The position numbers were made by a program, and so were the translations under genes. The notes below the pieces were generated by a model that was not told the DNA's origin, did not search any database, and worked only from the letters and a program-made list of their open reading frames with translations. DNA of 64,000 nt from a virus (Duplodnaviria; Caudoviricetes). The stretch spans positions 64,001 through 128,000 of IMG/VR virus record IMGVR_UViG_3300020463_000001, one strand, 5' to 3'. Shown here one piece after another: positions 43,301-49,260 of the stretch (within the stretch, counting starts at the first letter, position 1; every line of letters starts with the position of its first letter).

Positions 43301-43386
43301 TTGGTAATGGTATGAGAGTTTTGACAATGGTCGCTGGATATGGAATCACATCATCACAGGCGGATACGCGGCTCCTATCATCGTAA
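37390..43386 (+). CDS. Virion structural protein, paralog family A member 4 (largest)
   Basis: 1998 aa; the C-terminal third carries PWRIRFE, SYPMSYTLTVADHG, DDYAWFVIQRHVD, RFVVREKDVLKPWD, FGNGMRV. Confidence 0.7.
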   Translation: MGVNLERNNVIHLDGYHWDKEKDDDKPLLSQLTDDLLANGFTDVGPEVIKLTISDSELTSFIDKFIVYHYDSDPSTVGGGAFGNAFEDSKKIPNYTVPAVNEHDHNKFVYDLPLGNGEDPTGQRFKYIHQAYADAERWNKRWSEFPTLEQISGSTSAASYLGPNSELFAYLNPHPSNMMTNETSQTLPSGVINHQSRVKKIIFNIGADKYERVFNQLDTVGEEGSGVFLGSNRGQEAISISSQTGSLTGDNDSSGSIDDNFPLAKEIYPAAARFTEVAQFRVGQRVVGEQSGAIGVVTEFIDANGDPCVVGKNIFEKNMMYDPELLANVRGQTATHISDGTKSVLEFSTDFSIADFDETVDQVYTVTTTDSSDVVTKLTSTGLTPNYSTNGTGITFLDFGGQPVSVGNELTVTVSYGPKMLKSRLPSAGMVYGGNYVPEYDLPDDEDSTRGKIITRVNVEKKPYGNLQRKTVFIDEWVEQTEGRQLVVEALSKDFFPGEKIFSENPFGDDDNSTAELTGWSEPIDVTVNYENKSVSNTFTMAGTFNAQDHDISIVVRPYRLVGSGTSSKREASAADQFILEGATLTSNSGQRLKNGGFSATQIQYPSGSYDYWTQSGPGQANATESGPSQQSSLRNAQIIVTVSAKEPDYTTLSRIPPQSTGFSNSGVQTLGEKGDKTGDFGALTFSKLSRFSAQTELTNVADKNTNDIVHSSSIGAGSAESLSFRIEFEREKSLLNKIEPVTDQFDINNQVVVNLVNDSLGTSHQVGDSFTVSSWDNDDVRNAATTQYFPALVVGWIKSKSSGMPAGKQRVTFDEQNEYDGRGASPTERMSYVTLDMVQPEESNEFIVNSGEGKTFLKKDPQGGVISGTGYSTGYVGIGTVAKLVYENEYNKVKRCLINSARGVKFSPEDVTTGLSTSTEASLVQYKEEELVQGNKHHFWIALDKSETFFTSDQIEPKTLLGSMTLSMKTEDNSSPSALAVTGMQLGDVYTFTLQRIKGRYTGASSDVLFGDPVTVQITVESTSISDFALELANELNDNLPEYSFEIDSENTSNILFRSNKVGFDLSIGYNSSNYSESLEPVRIESDRANFGMSPVDTSVRSASSTPIGITAINGSFGVAVKDSSDANGNYYLGGYHHKIDFALPNEAYYGDKFEFVLSGLITQSSISEIYTTPSTFDLTLEYTADRRFNSSASLGAAIKNSVITNSYISKFMKVSLESNLIKFEYTPDSWAYLDKTSIHNQTGAYGLMNENSSKYTSVYATGSSDSDPFGSVITAATGLADDSFLVIMNEMTSNGYTDIPTTVSLYDMEVWDGTQYTNNTMYVDDLPSEAVFTGQLTVTPMTQYEFTDDDTGGLGPLQTIGFVRSQLPSSLVRQKVKIKFPFARDFGTFADPITHLSDAVGASYNNSSTSTADATSHPTTLGGNTKYFTSYKQHVIGAAGPKFVSEAGTTYSSTGFISQGDRKGPETSFDPDLRGYHPEVSVSDNYAHYSSFPYHECGLELESFEFIADHSIGPIVLETNDQSNLGGVGGDQPWRIRFEVSRGYEVTDASPFIATQNYQGVGGNKGNTEFEYLKVHVATEYQIKGDGTVTSIQSADGLEKGEFREPGFLGGVRPQYSGYVRARTHLISPEVTDYLEVQSLQAIRTSGLNPSAGIVGFKDYNKVVSGTEGERILGGGTSDGTETTKAEFRYEDKYLRGSSTELVFDTPFNTGTLRMQKGFFRRTGKQERSVALSYPMSYTLTVADHGVVFYLRDQAASAQADDYAWFVIQRHVDSTTGVPDYDSLSQPVHCVYQTSEPPLLYSDLTPFFSVDESSGETTDRTTSAFVEGLTNQFGSRIFDFRVDEFVEQELKAFDIENQGRFRRFVVREKDVLKPWDRHVFAGISETDSHAVLNILEQLALNEDGQLVIQFPNRLGSQRYFFTGKELDLIAFSDGGAVGQDTLITSDRFSTTGTTDKRRLYKALMSTKPFGNGMRVLTMVAGYGITSSQADTRLLSS

Positions 43387-43399
43387 GTAGGAGTAACAT

Positions 43400-43831
43400 A
43401 TGTCTAACTCTACTATCCCAATTAGAGTTAATAAGGATGGCACAGGAAATACCGAGGGGCTCGCTGAATTTCAAACCGGCGAGCATATCGGACTGGAGCA
43501 TGGTGGAACTGGTGGATCTAATGCCGCCGAAGCGAGAACTAATCTAGAACTTGCCAGTATTGCTACAACTTCAGATTATATAGATCTGATTAATAAACCA
43601 GTATTAAGAACATTTAGATATGTTATTAATAGTGCTGCAAATCAGTGGGTCATCCAACATGACAAAGGAACTACTTCTTTTCATGAAAAACTTTTCGAAA
43701 CTGACGGAACCCCATTCATTGCTTATGTAGAAGTAATAGATTCTAATAGCTTTAAAGTACATCTTTCAGAAACAATTACTGGTTATGTCGATGTTATTTT
43801 CGATAATGTAGAATTATTGCCAGATAACTAA
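43400..43831 (+). CDS. Small fibre-associated protein
   Basis: EHGGTGGSNAAEARTNLELASIATTSDYIDLINKP fibre motif, plus a C-terminal WVIQHDKG...VEVIDSNSFKVHL domain similar to the C-terminus of 43931. Confidence 0.65.
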   Translation: MSNSTIPIRVNKDGTGNTEGLAEFQTGEHIGLEHGGTGGSNAAEARTNLELASIATTSDYIDLINKPVLRTFRYVINSAANQWVIQHDKGTTSFHEKLFETDGTPFIAYVEVIDSNSFKVHLSETITGYVDVIFDNVELLPDN

Positions 43832-43850
43832 CCTTAAAATTAAATTATTT

Positions 43851-43858
43851 TATAAATA
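43851..43858 (+). promoter_or_regulatory. T4-type late promoter (TATAAATA)
   Basis: Exact motif 72 nt upstream of the ATG at 43931. Confidence 0.8.
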
Positions 43859-43930
43859 GAACACTGTCGATTCGAGTTACCGGATCATTTAATTTTGCAA
43901 AAATAAATCTTTTTAACAGAGAGGAAAAAA

Positions 43931-46504
43931 ATGTCTAATAAGTATATTAAATTTCATGGCATTAAGCTTGCAGACAATTCAGTAATCGAAAGTTTACGAA
44001 TTGAGCAGGTGGCTGCCGACCCTACACCAGCATCCGCTGGTCGTTTGTGGTATAATACTACTGAAAAAGTATTTAAGTTCTCCAGTTTAGACGGAAGCGA
44101 TCAAGTCGTAGTACGTCAAGCGGTTACACTCACAGAGATGACAGCGGCAATTGCAGTAGAAACATCTGCTAGAATTGCGGACGTTAATGCTGAAGAATCC
44201 GCGAGACAATCTGCTGACGCGGCGATTCAATCTGAACTAGACGCCACACAAACTGGTGCTGGTCTATCTGCTGACGGCTCGTTAGCCAGTCACAGTGGAA
44301 CAAACTATATTGACAGTGCAACAACCCTTAAAGGGACTGACGCATTGTTGGATGCTGCGATTAAAGCAGTATCAGACGAAATCAACACTAGCCAATCTGG
44401 CACAGGGTTGAACTCAGACGGTACTTATACCGCTGATGGTTCGTCAAACTATATTTCTGGTGCAACCTCATTAAAGAATGCAGATTCTTTATTGGATGCC
44501 CAGATCAAGACAAATGCTGATGCGATTACTTCAGAAGCAACTTCAAGAGCTTCTGCAGACAGCGCAAACGCAACGTCTATTGGAAATGTACAATCTGAGT
44601 TGGATGCAACTCAAACAGGTGCTGGACTTGGTGCCGATGGTGCGTATAGTGCTAATGGTGCTACTACTTACCTCACAGGTGCAACTTCATTGGTTTCTGC
44701 CGATGAAGCATTAGATAGCGCTGTTGCTGCAGTTCAGTCTGAATTAGATGCAACACAAACTGGTGCTGGTCTTGGAACAGGTGGTGCTTACACTGCAAAT
44801 GGTTCTACGAACTATCTTGCTTCTGCGACTTCATTGGTATCTGCTGACGAAGCTCTTGATGCACAGATTAAGTCTGTTGCTGATTCAGTTGCTGGTTCCG
44901 TATCTAGTGGTATCACAGGACTTCAATCAGAAGTTGATGCCATAGAAAACGCAGTAGGTCTTGCTGCTGATGGATCGTTTGTATCATACAGTGGTACTAA
45001 CTATCTTGACTCAACAACATCTATGAAGACTGCTGACGAAGCACTTGACAGTGCAACTAAGGCAGTATCTGATGTTGCTGACGCTGCAGTAGTGAGAGCT
45101 GGTGATACGATGGGTGGTACTCTGAATATGAGCACCAACAAAATCACTAACTTGCCTACTCCTTCTGACGATGCGGATGCTGCGACTAAGGGTTATGTAG
45201 ACGCAACTGCTTCTGGTCTTGATGTTAAGGCATCAGTACGAGTTACTACAACAGGAAATGTAGACCTTTCAAGCGCACTCGCTAATGGTTCAACAGTTGA
45301 CGGTGTTACACTGTCAAGTGGTGACAGAGTACTTGTTAAGGATCAAACAGACGCATCTCAGAACGGTATCTATGTTGCTCAGGCATCTGGTGCTGCTGTA
45401 AGAGCTGCGGATTTTGATTCTGACCCAGAAGTTACTTCTGGTGCGTTCACATTCGTTGAAGAAGGTACTACAAACGCAAGCAACGGTTTCGTACTTGTAA
45501 GTGCAGATAACATCTCTGTTGGTTCTACCAACATGACGTTTGAGCAGTTCTCAGGTGCTGGACAAATCGAAGCTGGTGCTGGTATTAAGAAGAATGGTAA
45601 TGAACTATTCTTGTCATTTGGTGCTGGTGTTGTAGAACTACCTTCCGACGAAATCGGTCTAGACCTTGCGTCTGATTCTGGTTTGATGTTGTCACAAGAC
45701 GGTTCTAGTGCTTCAACTCATACTGATGCTACGCTTCAGATGAAGTTAGACGGTGCCACTCTTACAAAGACGGCCTCTGGTGTTAGAGTTGCTGCTTCAA
45801 TAGTCAGTGACATTTCTACACTTCAGTCTGATGCTACTAGTCTCCAATCTGAATTGGATGCTACTCAGACAGGTGCTGGTCTTGGAACAGACGGTTCATA
45901 CAGTGCAAATGGTTCTACCAACTATCTTGCTTCTGCTACATCATTGGTTTCTGCTGACGAAGCTCTTGATGCACAAATCAAGTCTGTTGCAGATTCAGTT
46001 GCCGGTTCAGTATCTAGTGGTATCACAGGACTTCAAACAGAAGTTGATGCTGTAGAAACCGCTGCTGGTCTGAATGCAGATGGTACGTTCTCTGCTCACA
46101 GTGGAACAAACTATCTTGATTCTGCGACAACGATGAAGGAAGTAGACGCTGCACTAGATTCACAACTTGCATCTAGTACTGCTGAGTTAGACTCACTGAT
46201 CTCTGATGTTGAGGGTGACCTCTCAACAGAAACTGCTGCTAGAATTTCTGGTGACAGTGCGATCAGATCTGCCGTAAACTCTACGAAGTTTACCTTCCAG
46301 TCTACATCAACAGCTACGACTCACACAGTTTCTCACAACTTGAACTCCAACTTCTTGGTTGTACAAGTTATGGTACTGGGTGATGACGGATTGTATGCTA
46401 ACGATCTCGTACCTGTAGAAGAGACTGACGCAAATACTCTTACTTGCTACTTAACAGAAGCAAGACACGTTAGAGTATCTGTAATGTCAATGTCAGATAT
46501 CTAA
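43931..46504 (+). CDS. Fibritin/whisker-like or head-fibre protein (segmented coiled coil with central globular domain)
   Basis: Seven ELDATQTGAGL..DG.Y....TNY...ATSL..AD..LD units; central GLDVKASVRV..GDRVLVKDQTDASQNGIYV domain; C-terminal THTVSHNLNS domain; own promoter and terminator. Confidence 0.7.
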   Translation: MSNKYIKFHGIKLADNSVIESLRIEQVAADPTPASAGRLWYNTTEKVFKFSSLDGSDQVVVRQAVTLTEMTAAIAVETSARIADVNAEESARQSADAAIQSELDATQTGAGLSADGSLASHSGTNYIDSATTLKGTDALLDAAIKAVSDEINTSQSGTGLNSDGTYTADGSSNYISGATSLKNADSLLDAQIKTNADAITSEATSRASADSANATSIGNVQSELDATQTGAGLGADGAYSANGATTYLTGATSLVSADEALDSAVAAVQSELDATQTGAGLGTGGAYTANGSTNYLASATSLVSADEALDAQIKSVADSVAGSVSSGITGLQSEVDAIENAVGLAADGSFVSYSGTNYLDSTTSMKTADEALDSATKAVSDVADAAVVRAGDTMGGTLNMSTNKITNLPTPSDDADAATKGYVDATASGLDVKASVRVTTTGNVDLSSALANGSTVDGVTLSSGDRVLVKDQTDASQNGIYVAQASGAAVRAADFDSDPEVTSGAFTFVEEGTTNASNGFVLVSADNISVGSTNMTFEQFSGAGQIEAGAGIKKNGNELFLSFGAGVVELPSDEIGLDLASDSGLMLSQDGSSASTHTDATLQMKLDGATLTKTASGVRVAASIVSDISTLQSDATSLQSELDATQTGAGLGTDGSYSANGSTNYLASATSLVSADEALDAQIKSVADSVAGSVSSGITGLQTEVDAVETAAGLNADGTFSAHSGTNYLDSATTMKEVDAALDSQLASSTAELDSLISDVEGDLSTETAARISGDSAIRSAVNSTKFTFQSTSTATTHTVSHNLNSNFLVVQVMVLGDDGLYANDLVPVEETDANTLTCYLTEARHVRVSVMSMSDI
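44735..46050 (+). repeat. Intragenic direct repeat, about 205 bp x2 at 1110-bp offset (about 44735-44940 and 45845-46050)
   Basis: For example 44841-44865 = 45951-45975 (25 bp exact) and 44900-44926 = 46010-46036 (27 bp exact); the encoded peptides are near-identical. Confidence 0.85.
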
Positions 46505-46521
46505 TACATATCTATAGTGAT

Positions 46522-46550
46522 AAAAGGGGGAGCATTGCTCCCCTTTTTTT
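46522..46550 (+). terminator. Rho-independent terminator
   Basis: AAAAGGGGGAGC-ATT-GCTCCCCTTTT hairpin followed by a T run, 17 nt after the stop of 43931-46504. Confidence 0.9.
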
Positions 46551-46570
46551 ATATTCTTTTAAAAATATAT

Positions 46571-46578
46571 TATAAATA
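46571..46578 (+). promoter_or_regulatory. T4-type late promoter (TATAAATA)
   Basis: Exact motif between the terminator and the AAGGA RBS of 46607. Confidence 0.8.
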
Positions 46579-46606
46579 GAAGGTGAACATTCAAAAGGAA
46601 AGTTAA

Positions 46607-46813
46607 ATGGTTCCAATGAAACTATATAATATCCAGACAATGAAAAGTCCGGAAAGAGTGAAAGAGGCCATCGAAGAGGCGGTTAGTATTCTTAAACAAA
46701 ATTGTATTCTTGCAGATTTTAATGAGGACGATATTAGAGAAACATATTCTGAACATTTACGACTGGTAAAAAACTACTTAACTATATTGGAGTTGATGTT
46801 AGACGATGAGTAA
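46607..46813 (+). CDS. Small helical hypothetical protein
   Basis: 68 aa; AAGGA RBS; downstream of a late promoter; overlaps the next ORF (ATGAGTAA). Confidence 0.6.
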   Translation: MVPMKLYNIQTMKSPERVKEAIEEAVSILKQNCILADFNEDDIRETYSEHLRLVKNYLTILELMLDDE

Positions 46814-47027
46814 AAGAACTGTACATGGCCCACAACTTCTTACATTTATAAGTAAGATAGAAAAGAACCTAGAAGACTTTAATTTTTATGATGCAAATTC
46901 TTCCAAGGAAGATAAAATGGCATATATCCGATATCAGAGAGAACTTTTTGATATCGCAGAAAGAGTTTTGGCTGGTAGTTTATATTTTGTTGGTACATCT
47001 CAAGAGGTAAGGGAAGTAAAAAGTTAG
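46806..47027 (+). CDS. Small hypothetical protein
   Basis: 73 aa; 8-nt overlap with the upstream ORF suggests translational coupling. Confidence 0.6.
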   Translation: MSKRTVHGPQLLTFISKIEKNLEDFNFYDANSSKEDKMAYIRYQRELFDIAERVLAGSLYFVGTSQEVREVKS

Positions 47028-47077
47028 AATTATTTCTAAATTAATTCTATTTTTGGGTTTTTTGAGACAACTAAAAT

Positions 47078-47085
47078 AATAAATA
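47078..47085 (+). promoter_or_regulatory. Possible variant late promoter (AATAAATA)
   Basis: One mismatch to consensus, in the 119-nt gap before the six-paralog cluster. Confidence 0.4.
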
Positions 47086-47146
47086 TACACATACAATTAC
47101 TTGATGAGACTAAATTAATTCTAATTTTCGCAAAGGAGATTCATAA

Positions 47147-48022
47147 ATGGCGGATTCAAATCTAAGCACTTCTATTGCTGCAGTACTTTCTAGAGGTCAA
47201 TCACTTATTTCAAGTGCAACCGCATCAGAACTTGCTGACATCACCGAAGCACTTAAAAAAATCAAAAAGACTGATGATGCAACAGCAGAAACTGCTGTCA
47301 ACGCAAGAGTAAGTTCGTTGTATTCTACTGCAACGATTGACGAAAAACTTAAATTATCCAGAGCTGTCGCAAATATGTTGGAAACAAAATTTGTAGATGG
47401 TATTCAATTTCCAGATGATACTGGATTATCCGATAGAATTCTAAAGACAACTGGTATGTCTACTCAATGGGCGAAAGTATCTTTATCTGATATGAATGCT
47501 CTATCTGGAACTCCTACCGCTGGAGATATTCTAGTTTATGATGCTAGTTCAACTGCATTTGTTTCTACTCCTGCCGATGCTGCAAAAATTCGATACTACG
47601 CAGACGCCGCAAGTCTCCCAACAGATGGTGAGAAGGGCGAACTAGTTCTTTGTGGTACAGACTTTAAATTCTATTGTGTTAAGAGTGTAACTCATAGTGT
47701 AACTGCAGTAACTGGTGCATATGTTATCAATTCAGAGAATAATCCTGCGTTGACTTTCTATAGAGGAAGCACATACACATTCGCACTTGATGGAACTTCA
47801 ACATCAACTCATCCATTCTATTTTGCGACAAGCAATGCAGGAAGTTATACTGGAGAGTATACGACTGGAGTGACTAATTCAAGAGCAACATCAGGAAGTG
47901 TAACGATCACAGTTCCTTCTGACGCTCCGGATACTTTATACTATCAGTGTGGAAATCACTCATCAATGGTGGGAACTATTACCGTTGCGGGGCCTTGGGT
48001 CGAAGTAACGGCTGCAAACTAA
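47147..48022 (+). CDS. Paralog family B member 1: helical N-module + fibre shaft + cupredoxin-like C-domain
   Basis: MADSNLSTSI.. N-module; C-terminal HPFYF...LYYQCGNHSSMVG (H, C-x2-H-x2-M). Confidence 0.72.
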   Translation: MADSNLSTSIAAVLSRGQSLISSATASELADITEALKKIKKTDDATAETAVNARVSSLYSTATIDEKLKLSRAVANMLETKFVDGIQFPDDTGLSDRILKTTGMSTQWAKVSLSDMNALSGTPTAGDILVYDASSTAFVSTPADAAKIRYYADAASLPTDGEKGELVLCGTDFKFYCVKSVTHSVTAVTGAYVINSENNPALTFYRGSTYTFALDGTSTSTHPFYFATSNAGSYTGEYTTGVTNSRATSGSVTITVPSDAPDTLYYQCGNHSSMVGTITVAGPWVEVTAAN

Positions 48023-48046
48023 TAAGAAATATAACGGAGAAAAGGA

Positions 48047-48637
48047 ATGTCATATTTAGATAGCGCATTAGACGCAGCAAGACTTACAATGGTTGCTGAC
48101 ATCGAAGCACAAGTCTCTACCGCAAACAAAGATGACCTCTTGAAATATGCAAGAATGGTCAAGAATCTAAGAGAAACTGATAATGTAACAATCGAAACAT
48201 TAATCAACGCAAGATTAGAATCACTTCTTTCTACGGAAGATGATGTCGATACTCTTTTAGATCTCTCTGACAGTTTGTCAAAGGTACTGGACTTGGTTCA
48301 ACCTAACACAGAAACAGGAAGAGAACTTCCTACACAATCCGGTAACGGTGGTAAGTATCTTACAACAGACGGAACAAACGTCTCTTGGGGAACACCAGCA
48401 TTATCAGATGTTTCTGATTTAACCAGTGTTTCTGACGGCGAAGTTCCAGTTTATACTGGTTCTGGATTTACCGGAGAAAGCTTAGTAAACAAAACTGTCG
48501 CTGCAGAATACAACTCAGTCGCTGGTTTGCCCGCAAGTGCAAGCAATGGTGACTTTGCATATGTTCTAGAGAACAGTAACATTTATTATTGGAATGGAAC
48601 TGCATGGACTGCATTTGGTTCATTTGTAGCTTCCTAA
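48047..48637 (+). CDS. Paralog family B member 2: N-module + short shaft, no cargo
   Basis: N-module (..IETLINARLESLLST..); LPTQSGNGGKYLTTDGTNVSW; ends at LPASASNGDFAYV..IYYWNGTAW. Confidence 0.72.
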   Translation: MSYLDSALDAARLTMVADIEAQVSTANKDDLLKYARMVKNLRETDNVTIETLINARLESLLSTEDDVDTLLDLSDSLSKVLDLVQPNTETGRELPTQSGNGGKYLTTDGTNVSWGTPALSDVSDLTSVSDGEVPVYTGSGFTGESLVNKTVAAEYNSVAGLPASASNGDFAYVLENSNIYYWNGTAWTAFGSFVAS

Positions 48638-48665
48638 TAAGACAAAATAACGAGGGATAAAAGAC

Positions 48666-49205
48666 ATGGCAGATTCAAATTTACAAAACGCAATCGGCGC
48701 GATGAAAACAAAAATTCGTGCAGAAGTCGGTGGTGCGGATGTAGATAATGTATTAAAGTTGTCTAGGGCTGCAAAGAATACAGGTTTGGATACAGACGGA
48801 GATGTTGAGGGAGATTTCAACATTAGAGCGTTGTCTCTATCCACAACTGCTACTGCAGGCGAAGTAGACAAGTTAAGTAGAGGAATTAAGAAACTTATCA
48901 CAAGAGATGTAGATACAGGTGGAGTCCAGATCAGTAGTTCTGATGACGTTCCAGCTGGTTCTTCAAACCAATACTTTTCTCAGGGTGGAGCAAGAGCATT
49001 AGTCCAGACTAGTGGAGACGTAAGTTATAATTCAGTAACTGGTGAATTTTCTTTCACTGCCCCAGCGGGTGGTTTGACAGTTTACGCAAATTCATCAGAA
49101 TTACCTTTGAGTGGAAATAACGCAGGCGATCAGGCACTAGTTACTTCTACAAACAGACTGTACATCTTCACAGGATCAGGATGGTATAGCGTACCAGTAT
49201 CTTAA
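48666..49205 (+). CDS. Paralog family B member 3: N-module + short shaft, no cargo
   Basis: MADSNLQNAI.. N-module; SGDVSYNSVTGEFSFTAP; ends at LPLSGNNAGDQALV..LYIFTGSGW. Confidence 0.72.
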   Translation: MADSNLQNAIGAMKTKIRAEVGGADVDNVLKLSRAAKNTGLDTDGDVEGDFNIRALSLSTTATAGEVDKLSRGIKKLITRDVDTGGVQISSSDDVPAGSSNQYFSQGGARALVQTSGDVSYNSVTGEFSFTAPAGGLTVYANSSELPLSGNNAGDQALVTSTNRLYIFTGSGWYSVPVS

Positions 49206-49260
49206 TATTTGGTTGGTTCCTTATACTGTCAATAACAAAGTAATTTAAGGGAGTTGCCGA

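Noticed and set aside
43861-43890. tRNA-like TCGATTCGA in the 43931 leader
   Set aside because: No cloverleaf, acceptor stem or room for a tRNA.
44735-46050. Repeat pair as a DGR template/variable region
   Set aside because: Both copies are coding and mid-gene, the differences are mostly synonymous and not adenine-specific, and there is no reverse transcriptase in the window.
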